A stretch of 63,981 nt of DNA, counting the filler, from a bacterium (GTDB taxonomy: Bacteria; JBBIVP01): NCBI GenBank assembly GCA_037439705.1. It is 5 parts of 5 records of this genome, joined end to end, with 100 filler letters (N's around TTAATTAATTAA, not from the genome) between each part and the next. Parts side by side here need not be neighbours in the genome. Positions count along the whole stretch, not along the records: positions 28,848 to 42,902 come from JBBIVP010000034.1; positions 43,003 to 56,695 come from JBBIVP010000035.1; 3 more parts are not named here. The stretch is one strand, 5' to 3'. Under the pieces are notes generated by a model. It saw only the letters and a program-made list of their open reading frames with translations, was not told where the DNA came from and did not search any database. How positions within the stretch are numbered: the stretch's first letter is position 1; each line of letters begins with the position of its first letter. Position numbers and translations under genes: made by a program. This document shows, one piece after another, positions 38,103 through 48,601 of this stretch.

Positions 38103-39507
38103 TTAACTCACACCTCCTTTTTGGAATTAGATTGAACTTCAAAACTGTCTCAAAGGTTTTTGGATTTGTCGCAATTATTTTTACCTTTTCAGGTGGTCTT
38201 CCATACCTTCTTAAAAAGTTTCTTACTGCCGATGGACTGGAAAAAACTATTTCATCAAAAATCTCCAGGTCTATCGGGGGGAGATTTTTCGGAATGGTTG
38301 TTCTGTATGCGGAATACTTGTATGGAATTCCTTTGAGTTTCTTTATGCCATTGGCAAGTCCTCTATCTCCTGAAACTGAAGAGACAATCCCAACCTTCAT
38401 ATTCTCAATCCCCATTTTCTGAAGAATGGTTAAAAGTTCCTGGAGGCTTCCAGATGGAGGATAAAAATCAGGAAGAATTCCCTTTTCTTTTAGTTTATCC
38501 ACAGCAGATTTTGTGAAGCAGGCTATTTTCACGGAGTTCAAAATTCTTGAATCGAGTCCGATTTTTAAAAGTTTCTCAAAGAAGAAATGGACAGCCCATC
38601 TGGATGTGAAAATCAAAAATGAAAACTCAGGCAAATATTTTACAAATTTCTTAAATTTTGAAATCTCCTTTGTGGGTTTGAGATTCACCATTGGAATGTG
38701 AAAAATTATCCCCTCCTCTGTAGATTCTGGAGGTGTGTATCCTGTCCACAGAATTTTTCTCTGAGTTCTGAACCAGTCAAACCTCTTTTCCAGTTCAACC
38801 GTTTCTCCAATTATAATTGTAGAAGGAGGACCAATTTTTTCCCTTTTTACCTTTTCTCCTATGTCTTTTAAAGTTCCCACAACCACTTTCTGATCCGGCA
38901 TACTGACATTTCTTATAACTGCTACAGGCGTGGAAGGACTTTTGCCATTCTTTATCAAAGTCTCTGCAATCTGTGAAAGGTTTTTTGTTGCCATATATAG
39001 AACAATTGTCTCAATCCCTGCTATCTTTTCCCAGTTAATAAAACCTGATTCCTTAGATGGAGCCTCGTGACCGGTAACAAAAACAACGCCTGAAGAAATG
39101 TTTCTCGTTGTCAAAGGAATGCCTGCGAAACAACCTCCAGCAGTTGCTGAAGTTACTCCAGGAATCACCTCAAATTCTATTCCATGTCTCACCAATCCGT
39201 TGAGTTCCTCTGCAATTCTGCCAAATATGAAAGGGTCTCCATTTTTTAGCCTCACCACCTTTTTCCCTTCCCTCAGCTTTTTCAATATAAGGTAAATTAT
39301 CCTCTCTTCTTTCCTGAATTTAGAAAATCTGTCCGTGCAAATGAGTTCCTTAGAAGAAACATCTGCAAAATTCAGAATCCACCTTCCCACGAGTGAATCA
39401 TAAATAACCACATCCGCTTCTTTAAGAACCTTCAGTCCTTTAACTGTGAGCAGATCAGGAGAACCGGGTCCTGCACCCACAATGTAAATTTTCTTATTCT
39501 TCCACAT
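38086..39507 (-). CDS. cobA: Uroporphyrinogen-III C-methyltransferase / synthase fusion (CobA-HemD)
   Basis: VGAGPG, RLKNGDPFIFGR, IPGVTS; HemD-like FTS and FSSPSAV. Confidence 0.88.
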   Translation of the reverse strand: MWKNKKIYIVGAGPGSPDLLTVKGLKVLKEADVVIYDSLVGRWILNFADVSSKELICTDRFSKFRKEERIIYLILKKLREGKKVVRLKNGDPFIFGRIAEELNGLVRHGIEFEVIPGVTSATAGGCFAGIPLTTRNISSGVVFVTGHEAPSKESGFINWEKIAGIETIVLYMATKNLSQIAETLIKNGKSPSTPVAVIRNVSMPDQKVVVGTLKDIGEKVKREKIGPPSTIIIGETVELEKRFDWFRTQRKILWTGYTPPESTEEGIIFHIPMVNLKPTKEISKFKKFVKYLPEFSFLIFTSRWAVHFFFEKLLKIGLDSRILNSVKIACFTKSAVDKLKEKGILPDFYPPSGSLQELLTILQKMGIENMKVGIVSSVSGDRGLANGIKKLKGIPYKYSAYRTTIPKNLPPIDLEIFDEIVFSSPSAVRNFLRRYGRPPEKVKIIATNPKTFETVLKFNLIPKRRCELNVSTT

Positions 39508-39901
39508 TCAGTTCAGCCTCCTCTATTTTTCCTTCCTTTATTTTGAATGCCCTTATCTCTTTTACCTCCTTTTCTTCAAGCCTCAAAATCAGGTAGAAAA
39601 CATCCGGATAATTTGCAAGTTCTATATCCCTCTTTGAGGGATAGGCTGGAGCATTTATGTGCGAATGGTATATCCCAACGAGTTCTAACCCTTCCTTTCT
39701 GAGTTCTTTAAAGACCTTAAGTTGTTCTTTTGGATCCATAAAATAGCAGGTTTGCGGGCTTTGAGATATGTTTGACATCTCGTACACCTTCTTTGCCATT
39801 TCTCCATTGCCACCAATTATCCCACAGGCTTCATTTGGATATTCTCTAATAGAATGAGCTTTCATCCTTTCAAAAACCTCTTTTTTTAAAACCATCTTCA
39901 T
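39494..39901 (-). CDS. JAB/Mov34 metalloprotease (Mec/HcyD-like)
   Basis: PNEACG and YHSH...PS..D. Start set at the ATGA overlap. Confidence 0.92.
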   Translation of the reverse strand: MKMVLKKEVFERMKAHSIREYPNEACGIIGGNGEMAKKVYEMSNISQSPQTCYFMDPKEQLKVFKELRKEGLELVGIYHSHINAPAYPSKRDIELANYPDVFYLILRLEEKEVKEIRAFKIKEGKIEEAELNVEE

Positions 39902-40863
39902 ACCCCAGCTATATGACAGAGTCCGTAAGAAAGAAACAAAGCAAGGAGAGGAGTTGCACTCCATATAAAGAGTATCCTTCTGATCTCACCTGTCTGGAAG
40001 ATTGACACCTCTGGATTTTTAATCCTGCTTATTGCCATAATGGAGCAAAGGTTCAATTCTACAAGTGGAAATGGTATTCCGAGAAGGGAGGCAATTAAAA
40101 GTATACTTCCTGTCACAAACGCAACAACCGGTGAAGATATCAGTCCGAGTTTTGCAACCCTTTTTCCTGCTGTTTCAAGTGTTCCGCTTCCGAATATAAG
40201 GGCACCAATCCCAAAAAATGGAGATAACAATAAAAGTCCTTCCTTCATATCAATTATCCCTGTCCCGTAAAGCGGTCCTACTGCATTTGCCACATTGTTT
40301 GTTCCAATTGCAAATGACACATAAAGGGCACTTAAATAAGAAACAATTTTCAATTTTTTCTCGTTCAGAAAAAGTTTTTCATAAAGGTTGATGTTATCAT
40401 TTGTAGGCGGATAGATTTTTCTGTAGATTAAAGAAGTAAGAAAAAAGGATAACAGAGGAAAAATGAGCCATGAGGGGATTATTTTAAAAAAAAGTATTTC
40501 TGCATTTAATTTTTTCAGATAAAGTCCTGCTCCTGCAACTGCTGACACTGTCTCCATACTCGTTGACTGTGGAATTTTTAAAAGATTGGCAATTAAAAGG
40601 CAGGTTGTTGCTGACACTATAACAATCAGGGCAAGTGCTGGCTCATGAATTCCGCCAGAGACCAATTTTTTTCCTATGGTGACGGACACATTCCTTCCAA
40701 GGGTGATGGCTCCCAGAATTACAAACGCGCCAAACAATAAAATTGCCTTTTTCTTTTTTATAAATCCACCTCCATAGAGGGAAGAAAATGAAGGTGCTAT
40801 TCCACTTCCGCCCATATTCATTGCGAAGAGAATGGATAAAAATATGAGAAGAATGTATTCCAT
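39898..40863 (-). CDS. cysP: PiT-family permease, probable sulfate permease
   Basis: FAMNMGGSG and GTNNVANA motifs resemble Bacillus CysP; sulfur operon context. Confidence 0.75.
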   Translation of the reverse strand: MEYILLIFLSILFAMNMGGSGIAPSFSSLYGGGFIKKKKAILLFGAFVILGAITLGRNVSVTIGKKLVSGGIHEPALALIVIVSATTCLLIANLLKIPQSTSMETVSAVAGAGLYLKKLNAEILFFKIIPSWLIFPLLSFFLTSLIYRKIYPPTNDNINLYEKLFLNEKKLKIVSYLSALYVSFAIGTNNVANAVGPLYGTGIIDMKEGLLLLSPFFGIGALIFGSGTLETAGKRVAKLGLISSPVVAFVTGSILLIASLLGIPFPLVELNLCSIMAISRIKNPEVSIFQTGEIRRILFIWSATPLLALFLSYGLCHIAGV

Positions 40864-41570
40864 TACTTTCGCTTAATGTGTAAACCGCATTCCTTCTTTT
40901 CGGGTGTCTCCCACCACCATCTTCCAGCCCTTATGTCCTCACCAGGTTTAATTGCCCTCGTGCATGGTGCACAGCCTATACTGGGATAGTTTCTGTCATG
41001 GAGAGCATTATAAGGGACACCATTTTTCCTTATGTAATCCCAGACCTCCCTTTCTGTCCAGTCTGCAAGGGGATTAATTTTCACGAGCACCTTCTTTACT
41101 CCATCAAAGGTTCTTTCATCCTCTTCCACTTTTTTAATATCTACCCTTGTTATGGATTGTTCCCTTCTCAATCCTGTTATCCAGGCATCAAGGTTTTTGA
41201 GAATCCTTTCAAGGGGCTCCACCTTCCTTATCTGACAGCATAACCTTCTCAACCCAACACTCTTATAGAACAGATTTGGACCGTGTTTTTCCAGCATCTC
41301 TTCCACCGCGTTTCTATCAGGGAAAAGAAATTCTATTTTTGCTCCGTATTTTTCCATTATTTTCTCAATGAGGTCGTATGTCTCCTGCGGAAGTCTACCC
41401 GTGTCAATTGTAAATATCCTTGCGGAAGGAGCTATTTTCATAAGCATGTCAATAAGAACGACATCCTCTGCACCGAAACTGGAAGAGAGAGCAACTCTTC
41501 TGCCAAACTTTTCAACAGCCCATTTCAAAATTTCCTCTGCACTTTTCTTTTCAAACTCATCTGCCATCAT
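40863..41570 (-). CDS. cysH: Assimilatory APS reductase ([4Fe-4S] type)
   Basis: DTG, CC..RK, SIGCAPCT, ECGLH. Confidence 0.93.
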   Translation of the reverse strand: MMADEFEKKSAEEILKWAVEKFGRRVALSSSFGAEDVVLIDMLMKIAPSARIFTIDTGRLPQETYDLIEKIMEKYGAKIEFLFPDRNAVEEMLEKHGPNLFYKSVGLRRLCCQIRKVEPLERILKNLDAWITGLRREQSITRVDIKKVEEDERTFDGVKKVLVKINPLADWTEREVWDYIRKNGVPYNALHDRNYPSIGCAPCTRAIKPGEDIRAGRWWWETPEKKECGLHIKRK

Positions 41571-41571
41571 T

Positions 41572-42330
41572 TTATATACCTCCTCCGTTAATAAAGTGTT
41601 CTGAATTTTTCATTGCAAATATCCTTTCTATCTCCTTTCTATTTTTTTCTATCTGTTCGTCAATGTACTCCTTAATCCCCTTTATTTCTTCAAACTTCTT
41701 CAACTTTTCTTCTATTTTCTTTTGGGTCTCAAGAACAAGCCTTATGGCTTCCGCTACAGGGTCTGGAAGTTTGTGATGTTCAAGGGGCTGAGGGGAATAT
41801 GTATGTGAGGTGCTCACTATTTTGGCAGGAACTCCAACAGCAGTTGATGCAAGTGGAACATCTGTGAGCACAACGGACCCGGCTCCTATTCTCGCTCTTC
41901 TTCCAATCCTTACAGGTCCAAGAATTATGGCACCTGCCCCAATAATCACTCCGTCTTCCACTGTTGGATGCCTTTTTTTCTTCTCAAGGGAAATTCCGCC
42001 AAGAACGGCTCCCTGATATATGAGGACATCATCTCCAACCTCAGCAGTTTCTCCTATTACCACTCCCATACCATGGTCAATGAAAACCCTCCTTCCTATT
42101 TTTGCTCCCGGATGAATTTCTATTCCTGTCAAAAATCTGTTTAGGTGAGAAATTATCCTTGCAATTGTGTAAAACCTTTTTTTGTAAAACCAGTGGGCTA
42201 TGCGATGAAGCCAGAGAGCATGAACTCCCGGATAGCACAGGATCACCTCCAGAGTATTTTTGGCAGCAGGGTCTTTTTCAAAAACAGTTTTTATATCTTC
42301 CTTTATCCTTTTAAACATCTCAAACCTCAT
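41572..42330 (-). CDS. cysE: Serine O-acetyltransferase
   Basis: [21 protein letters not shown]; ends in FINGGGI. Confidence 0.95.
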   Translation of the reverse strand: MRFEMFKRIKEDIKTVFEKDPAAKNTLEVILCYPGVHALWLHRIAHWFYKKRFYTIARIISHLNRFLTGIEIHPGAKIGRRVFIDHGMGVVIGETAEVGDDVLIYQGAVLGGISLEKKKRHPTVEDGVIIGAGAIILGPVRIGRRARIGAGSVVLTDVPLASTAVGVPAKIVSTSHTYSPQPLEHHKLPDPVAEAIRLVLETQKKIEEKLKKFEEIKGIKEYIDEQIEKNRKEIERIFAMKNSEHFINGGGI

Positions 42331-42770
42331 ATATAATACATATATTGATCTCTACCAACTTTTTCCGCGTGAATCTTTCTCAGCTCATCAAGGGTAATGG
42401 AGTGAAGAAAGCTTTCTATTGTATTCTTTAACCTTATCCATACATCCCTCACCGCACATGTTTTTATTCTTTTGCAAAGGTTAACATCCTCAATGCATTC
42501 AACAGGTGAAAGTGGTCCCTCAAGAACATTTAAAACTTCAGCCAGGGTGATACTTGAAGGATTTTTTGCAAGCGAACATCCTCCATCTTTTCCTCTGTTT
42601 GTTTTCACAATTCCTGCCTTCTTTAAAGCCACTATTATATGCTCCACATATCCTTTTGAGAGCCCCTGTTTTTTTGATATCTCTTTTACGGAAATGAAGC
42701 CCTTTCCATAGTTTAAAGCCAGCTCAAGGAGTATTCTCATCCCGTACCTTCCCCTTGTTGAAAGCCTCAT
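42327..42770 (-). CDS. Rrf2-family regulator (IscR-like, three Cys)
   Basis: STRGRYG, RG..GG, C-x6-C-x5-C; first gene of the sulfur operon. Confidence 0.92.
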   Translation of the reverse strand: MRLSTRGRYGMRILLELALNYGKGFISVKEISKKQGLSKGYVEHIIVALKKAGIVKTNRGKDGGCSLAKNPSSITLAEVLNVLEGPLSPVECIEDVNLCKRIKTCAVRDVWIRLKNTIESFLHSITLDELRKIHAEKVGRDQYMYYI

Positions 42771-42809
42771 CTTGTCCTCCTAAATATTAATTTTATTATC
42801 ATAATACTA

Positions 42810-42838
42810 ATAATAAATAATTATATCTCTCTTGTCAA
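42810..42838 (-). promoter_or_regulatory. Sigma70-type promoter of the sulfur operon
   Basis: TTGACA-17 nt-TATTAT; AGGAGG SD before ATG 42770. Confidence 0.7.
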
Positions 42839-42902
42839 GTATTTTGTGAAATGGTCTCTTAAAAAGGAGGGGATATTTTTGGCAATTGGTTTATTTTTGA
42901 AT

Positions 42903-43002
42903 NNNNNNNNNNNNNNNNNNNNNNNNNNNNNNNNNNNNNNNNNNNNTTAATTAATTAANNNNNNNNNNNNNNNNNNNNNNNNNNNNNNNNNNNNNNNNNN
43001 NN
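42903..43002. other. Artificial contig linker
   Basis: N44-TTAATTAATTAA-N44. Confidence 0.98.
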
Positions 43003-43201
43003 GATTCTGTTTCTTCCATTGCCATTCAATCTGATGGAAAAATCATAATTGGGGGAAGTTTTACAAATGTTAATGGAGAAGAGAGGAATTATATAGCGAG
43101 GTTGAACCCAGATGGAAGCCTTGATTCATTCAACCCTGATGCAGATGATTCTGTTTCTTCCATTGCCATTCAATCTGATGGAAAAATCATAATTGGGGGA
43201 A
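43003..43201 (+). repeat. Two identical 55-nt copies, period 144 nt
   Basis: 43003-43057 equals 43147-43201. Confidence 0.9.
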
Positions 43202-44769
43202 ATTTTGGAACTGTTGGTGGATCCACAAGAAATAGAATAGCAAGGCTAAAGAAGATATGCTTTCCTGATGAAGGAAGGGAATGCGACAATTACCTTTTGA
43301 CCATTGGCTCAGAGAATACAAAAAGCATTCTCGGAATTGAGATGGATGGAAATGCTGGAGCTATCAATGACGATTACAATGATTCACCATCAGATTTTAT
43401 AACACTTTTAAGCGAGTTAATCACTCCTTCTCCATTTCCAGGAGCATATAATTACGACTTAAAATTTGCGAAGGTTTATTCAAGGGATGGTGGGGATTTT
43501 CTCACACCCGAACTCAGTGATGCATATTTTCCTGAAAGGATTAACATCTGGTTTGATTCTTACATAAGAAAATCGGATATAAATAGTTCAAATGTTGAAA
43601 TCAGGGGACCTGACGGAAATTTAATAACTGGAACATGGTGGGTTGAGGACCCGAACAATATAGGGAATTTGATATCCATTGATTCTGCTCGCGAAACAAC
43701 CACTGGCTATGTAAATACCTATTATCAGGACTTTTACTTCAGACCAAATACATCCCCTCTAAGCCTCGGAAGGTATGTTATAATTGTCCACTGCAATTCC
43801 ATCCACAAGTTTCCAATAACAGACCCTGTTAATGGGGTATTTCAGAGGGAATTAATATGCAATGACTCTGAACCAGACGGAATTGACAACGATAAAATCT
43901 TTGAATTCTATGTAACACAGGATGGTGAACCACCTCCTACAACAAACAGTGTATGGGCTGTATATACTTCATCAAATCCAGGACCATTCGGCACAGAAAT
44001 AAAAGACAATCAGGCATTTGTTCTCTTCCAGACACCAGATCCTCTGGACAACATAATGGATGCATCAACGCTTATACCCAGGAATATAAGCCTCATTGAC
44101 GGAAGCCCATTGTCTGTAACAACATCTGTTCAAACCCGAATATCCAATTGTGCTCCATACACCCTTCTTATAATAGAATCAGGAAAGGATAAGGACATAA
44201 ATGGTTTAAGGCTAATCATAAGTTATTCAGTAAAGGATGAAGAGGGAAATACCCTTGATGGAAACGAGGATGGAATATATGAGATGAGCATACTTGACAA
44301 CTTTAATGACACCATTCCATGGCTGAATGGGCCATTCATACCTCCCATACCGCCCAATTACCTTGAGGTTCAAGGGGTATGGACTCAAAATTCACCCTTA
44401 CAGGGGTATTCACTTAACCAGGATGAACTATTGATTGCCTTTAAAACACCTGCTCTTAACGATGATAGGCTTGAGTTATCAACCCTTTCTGCAGATGATA
44501 TAATCCTTGAAGGAAGTGGGGATCCGGATCGCCCTAATTGCACCTGTCAATGTGCAGGAGGAGATTGTGATGGAGAGGCAATATCAACAACCATTGAAGA
44601 GGAGACAAGGACACTCTGGAAACTCAAGTTCACCAATTCTTCTAACTGCAACCTGAAGGACTGCAAACTTACCATTCAGGGAGGTTCACTTTTCTATGCT
44701 CAAAATAGACCGAGCGATATTTGTGGAAACTGGTTATATCCGGATTATACGGTTGAGAGGCTTCCGTAA
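43003..44769 (+). CDS. Secreted or surface protein with delta-60-type repeats and Ig-like domains (5'-partial)
   Basis: [14 protein letters not shown]...[10 protein letters not shown] repeats; Asp/Asn/Cys-rich remainder; open to the contig edge. Confidence 0.75.
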   Translation, partial: DSVSSIAIQSDGKIIIGGSFTNVNGEERNYIARLNPDGSLDSFNPDADDSVSSIAIQSDGKIIIGGNFGTVGGSTRNRIARLKKICFPDEGRECDNYLLTIGSENTKSILGIEMDGNAGAINDDYNDSPSDFITLLSELITPSPFPGAYNYDLKFAKVYSRDGGDFLTPELSDAYFPERINIWFDSYIRKSDINSSNVEIRGPDGNLITGTWWVEDPNNIGNLISIDSARETTTGYVNTYYQDFYFRPNTSPLSLGRYVIIVHCNSIHKFPITDPVNGVFQRELICNDSEPDGIDNDKIFEFYVTQDGEPPPTTNSVWAVYTSSNPGPFGTEIKDNQAFVLFQTPDPLDNIMDASTLIPRNISLIDGSPLSVTTSVQTRISNCAPYTLLIIESGKDKDINGLRLIISYSVKDEEGNTLDGNEDGIYEMSILDNFNDTIPWLNGPFIPPIPPNYLEVQGVWTQNSPLQGYSLNQDELLIAFKTPALNDDRLELSTLSADDIILEGSGDPDRPNCTCQCAGGDCDGEAISTTIEEETRTLWKLKFTNSSNCNLKDCKLTIQGGSLFYAQNRPSDICGNWLYPDYTVERLP

Positions 44770-44773
44770 TTGT

Positions 44774-46327
44774 TTAATTGCTGATTGCTGAGTTTAATTG
44801 ATGTAAGAATTCAAAAAAACGGGGTAAGAGGTAATTTAGCGCCTTGTTGAGTGAATAATTGTGGCCGAGGATTTCCTTTCCAGAATAATTCTCATCCGGA
44901 GGACAGTTGTTTATTGAAGAAAGGTCAACATATATTGAATTGTTGAATGTAGGGTCATGCCAGTAGATGTAAATTAAGGGGATCCTCATTTTATTAATTT
45001 CAAAATAAGGTGGCTTTATTGAGAGGCAATCGTCATCAATCTCTTCAAGACCATATAATTCTTTAGGAAAGTGTTTTCCAGGAAGGCATGTCCAGCAAAA
45101 AATGCCATCTCCAATCTCCATTGATTTATAAGCAGTTTTTCCGAGTTCACCCTCTACAAGGAAAATTGTCTTTCGGTTTATCGTCTTCCAGAGGGGAAGC
45201 ATTCTTCTCAATGGAACCGCATTTTTGTAATTATCTGGAATGAGTTTTTTGAGGTTTATTGAAATGGTATCCGGAAAGATCGGGATTCTGTATGGAACTA
45301 TTTCGTTGAATTCAGAAAGGTTTAAAATCCTCCCATTGGATATACTTTTTGATAAATTCCTTAAAAATAGAACAAGATTTTTTATATAATCCTCTCCGAG
45401 GGAAAAGAAAAAAAGTCCAAAAAGGTCATCTGAAATTCTTATAGGGAGTTCAAAAGGAAAAGGCTCTCCATCCTCAGAATAGAACTTCAATATGCCTATT
45501 CTTATTTCATCGCCAATGTTTACCCTTCCGTCTTTGTTTTTATCAATATAGGAGAAGAAGGCATCCTCTTTTCCAGTTTCGGTTAAAAAAGTTTCCTCTA
45601 TTCCTGAAGCAATGTCCTCAAGTGCTCCAATCAGAGAAGGAGATGTGTAATTGAACATCTCTTTCCTTTCTTCACTCCATTCAAGAAATTCAGGAGAAGA
45701 ATCCATTATAATTCCAAGTTCCCTTATTAGCCCGATTATGTCATAGGAGAACTTATCCCTTATGTAATCAGAATTGAGGGTTTCAAGTAAAATCCCATAA
45801 TTCATGCTGAGGTCATGACTTGATATAAAGGATATAAAGGCATTTATGAATCCCATAACCCCTCTTACAAAATATGCCTCCTTTCTCAAAAATTCCTTTC
45901 CTATCCATATTTTTCTTTCAGGAATAACACTTATTGTAAACTCAATTCCGTTTTCTGTCCTGAAACTGCAATTTCTTTCAATCACGCTCTGTGCAGACGA
46001 GATTATGGGGATTATCATATGTTCCCTCATTGGTATGAGGTTGGTTTCGACAATTGTATCCAGGTCTCCGTATTCCTGTGGAAGAAACTCTGAAATCCAC
46101 TTACCGGAGACGCTTGAAGATGTTATGATGTAATTCAGGAAAAAAAGAAACCTTGAAAGGAGAAGCCCATAATGGGCAGAGCAATTGTTTTCATTTTTCT
46201 TGACCTCTTCTTCGTAAAGGGCAGATGAGATTCTGTAAAATCCATTTTCAAGATACCATTTAGCATCCCTTTCGTTTTCGTTCATACAGGTCATGATGAA
46301 GAAAAAAAGAATAAATGCCCTCTTCAT
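44774..46327 (-). CDS. Hypothetical lipoprotein
   Basis: 517 aa; MKRAFILFFFIMTC signal with a Cys; one EF-hand-like loop DKNKDGRVNIGD. Confidence 0.65.
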   Translation of the reverse strand: MKRAFILFFFIMTCMNENERDAKWYLENGFYRISSALYEEEVKKNENNCSAHYGLLLSRFLFFLNYIITSSSVSGKWISEFLPQEYGDLDTIVETNLIPMREHMIIPIISSAQSVIERNCSFRTENGIEFTISVIPERKIWIGKEFLRKEAYFVRGVMGFINAFISFISSHDLSMNYGILLETLNSDYIRDKFSYDIIGLIRELGIIMDSSPEFLEWSEERKEMFNYTSPSLIGALEDIASGIEETFLTETGKEDAFFSYIDKNKDGRVNIGDEIRIGILKFYSEDGEPFPFELPIRISDDLFGLFFFSLGEDYIKNLVLFLRNLSKSISNGRILNLSEFNEIVPYRIPIFPDTISINLKKLIPDNYKNAVPLRRMLPLWKTINRKTIFLVEGELGKTAYKSMEIGDGIFCWTCLPGKHFPKELYGLEEIDDDCLSIKPPYFEINKMRIPLIYIYWHDPTFNNSIYVDLSSINNCPPDENYSGKEILGHNYSLNKALNYLLPRFFEFLHQLNSAISN

Positions 46328-47238
46328 CTTCCAAAAACCTCCATCAGAAATTCATCAATTTTTTTCTCCGCCTCTTCGGTAAATTTTGAGTTTATCATGT
46401 CATCGAAGGCATGATTCGCACCCTCAATGAGCAAAAGCTCGCTTTTCTTTCCGTGCTCCAGAAGGGCATTGTGAAAATCAAGAGCCTGCTCAACTGGAAT
46501 CGGGTCTCCTGTTCCATGAATTATGAGGAAGTGAGCATTTGTCTTTTCAACATAAAAAATTGGTGAAGCCTTTTTAAGAATCTCATCTGAAGGAGGGTCT
46601 TCTCCGAGATATACCTCTCCGAGATCAAGAAATTTTCCGAACTGATAATACCATTTCGTCCAGTCATAAACTCCATAAAATGGAATTGCGGCATCCACCT
46701 CAACGCTTTCCTCAGGGAATACCTTACAGGTTGGTTTGAAAAACTCATCATCAGGAGTTACTGCTATCATTGCAGTTATGTGCCCTCCTGCAGAACCACC
46801 CATAGAGATGAATTTTTCTTTATCAATCCCATAAAGTTCTGAATTTCCCTTAAGCCATCTTATAGCGCACTTAACATCCCTTATGTCCTGAGGAAATTTT
46901 ATAGATGGAGCAAGTCTGTAGTCCACATCAAAAAATGCATATCCCCTGCATGCAAAGTGCTCTCCCCAGTATTTAGAATTTACCATACTTCTTGTTCCTG
47001 CAGTCCATCCACCTCCATGATTGAAGGCAATTGCTGGATATGGTTTTTCAAATCCCTTTGCAGGAAGGTAAAGGTCTCCTTTTAATTCATTTTCTACATC
47101 ATAAACGAGTGATGGAATAAACCTCCATTCTTTTCCTTCCATTGTAACCCCATTTCTATCAATGCATAGGAGGTCCTGGGCAGTCTCTCCACAGGAAGAG
47201 ATAAAAACAAAAAGCATTGAGAGAAATAATTTTCTCAT
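46324..47238 (-). CDS. HSL-family alpha/beta hydrolase, probable lipoprotein
   Basis: ISSC lipobox, HGGGW, GGSAGG, HGTGD, GANHAF. Confidence 0.88.
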   Translation of the reverse strand: MRKLFLSMLFVFISSCGETAQDLLCIDRNGVTMEGKEWRFIPSLVYDVENELKGDLYLPAKGFEKPYPAIAFNHGGGWTAGTRSMVNSKYWGEHFACRGYAFFDVDYRLAPSIKFPQDIRDVKCAIRWLKGNSELYGIDKEKFISMGGSAGGHITAMIAVTPDDEFFKPTCKVFPEESVEVDAAIPFYGVYDWTKWYYQFGKFLDLGEVYLGEDPPSDEILKKASPIFYVEKTNAHFLIIHGTGDPIPVEQALDFHNALLEHGKKSELLLIEGANHAFDDMINSKFTEEAEKKIDEFLMEVFGR

Positions 47239-47741
47239 TTTTTCAAAATTTTTATTATTTCCTCACAAACCTCTTCAGGATTTTTTCCATCCGTTGAGAT
47301 TTCCACATCCATTGCTTTTCTGTAAAACGGAAGCCTTTCTTCAAGGACTTCCTTTACCTCCTCCCAGTGGGTCTTTCCTTCTTTTAATGGCGGTCTCATG
47401 GTATCATCTTTTATTCTCTCTGCGAGGACAGATGGAGGAGCGGAAAGAAAAATAACAAATCCGTTCTTTTTTAAGGCTTTCACATTTTCTTCCCTCAAAA
47501 CGATGCCTCCTCCAGTATCTATAATAATATTATCCTCATCGGATAGTGCTTTTGCAACCTGTGTTTCTACATCCCTGAACCTCTTCCAGCCATGCTCTTT
47601 GACAAATTCGGGAATGGATTTACCGGTTCTTCTCACTATCTCTTCATCTGTGGAGATGTATTTTAGCCCAAGTTTATTTGACAGGATTTTACCAATTGTT
47701 GTTTTTCCGCTTCCCCTGTAACCTATTAGGACAATTTTCAT
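47235..47741 (-). CDS. aroK: Shikimate kinase
   Basis: GYRGSGKTT, FRDVE, TGGG, RPPL. Confidence 0.93.
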   Translation of the reverse strand: MKIVLIGYRGSGKTTIGKILSNKLGLKYISTDEEIVRRTGKSIPEFVKEHGWKRFRDVETQVAKALSDEDNIIIDTGGGIVLREENVKALKKNGFVIFLSAPPSVLAERIKDDTMRPPLKEGKTHWEEVKEVLEERLPFYRKAMDVEISTDGKNPEEVCEEIIKILKK

Positions 47742-48595
47742 ATGTATTTTTTCAGTATTTCCCTTATTCTTCTTTCAGATGTTTTTATGCCCGTAAAAAG
47801 TTTGTATTGCGCCATTGCCTGGTATACAAACATGTCAACTCCGGAAATGCATTTCAATCCCCTTTTCTTTCCCTCTCTAAGAAATTTCGTTATTGGTGGC
47901 GTATATACAACATCAAATAGAACCTGTCCCTTTTTGAAAACTTCCTGAGAAATTGGCGTCTTTTCAGTATCCGGTTCCATCCCAATTGGAGAGGAATTTA
48001 CAATGATTTCACAATCCCTTCCAATCTCAATTTCCTTTTTTTCATCCCTCATAAACCACTCCACTGAAACGGATGGATAGTGTTTCTCTATATCCTCTTT
48101 GAGCTTCTTCATTTCATTTTTTATAATACCTGCTATAAAAATTGTTCCTATACCCATTTCACACAGAGCAAAGGTAACAGCCCTTCCTGCGCCCCCGGAG
48201 CCAATCATAAGCGCTTTCTTTCCCTCTGGATTTACACCGTTTTTTTCAAAAGCCTCCTTAACTCCGATATAATCAGTATTATATCCGTAAAGCTTTCCAT
48301 CCCTGTTGATTATTGTATTCACCGCTCCTATTTTTTTTGCCATTTCATCTATTTCGTGAAGGTATTTCATACATGTGCTTTTATGAGGAACGGTCACACT
48401 CACCCCCTTTATCCTGAGGGCTTTTATCCCTTTTATTGCATCTTTCAGGTCTTTATTTTTGACCTCAAAGGCTAAATAAACTGCATCCACTTTATCCCTG
48501 TAAAAACAGTTTGTATGAATTACGGGAGAAAGGGAGTGTTTCACCGGACACCCTATAATCCCAAAAAGTGAGGTTTTTGAAGATATAGAGAGCAT
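47738..48595 (-). CDS. aroE: Shikimate dehydrogenase
   Basis: HSLSP, VTVPHK, GAVNT, NTD, GSGGAG. Confidence 0.94.
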   Translation of the reverse strand: MLSISSKTSLFGIIGCPVKHSLSPVIHTNCFYRDKVDAVYLAFEVKNKDLKDAIKGIKALRIKGVSVTVPHKSTCMKYLHEIDEMAKKIGAVNTIINRDGKLYGYNTDYIGVKEAFEKNGVNPEGKKALMIGSGGAGRAVTFALCEMGIGTIFIAGIIKNEMKKLKEDIEKHYPSVSVEWFMRDEKKEIEIGRDCEIIVNSSPIGMEPDTEKTPISQEVFKKGQVLFDVVYTPPITKFLREGKKRGLKCISGVDMFVYQAMAQYKLFTGIKTSERRIREILKKYI

Positions 48596-48601
48596 GTTTA
48601 T

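Noticed and set aside
33545-39901. E1 + JAB + ubiquitin-like proteins as an antiphage conjugation system (CBASS or Bil type)
   Set aside because: No E2, cyclase or effector; the genes are embedded in a sulfur assimilation operon.
14818-41570. Dissimilatory sulfate reduction inferred from qmoC-like plus sat
   Set aside because: The genes are on different contigs, sat sits with CysH-type APS reductase and cysE/cysK, and no aprAB or dsrAB is visible.
43003-43201. CRISPR array or DGR template/variable repeat
   Set aside because: Only two identical in-frame coding copies; no spacers, adenine-specific mismatches, cas gene or reverse transcriptase.
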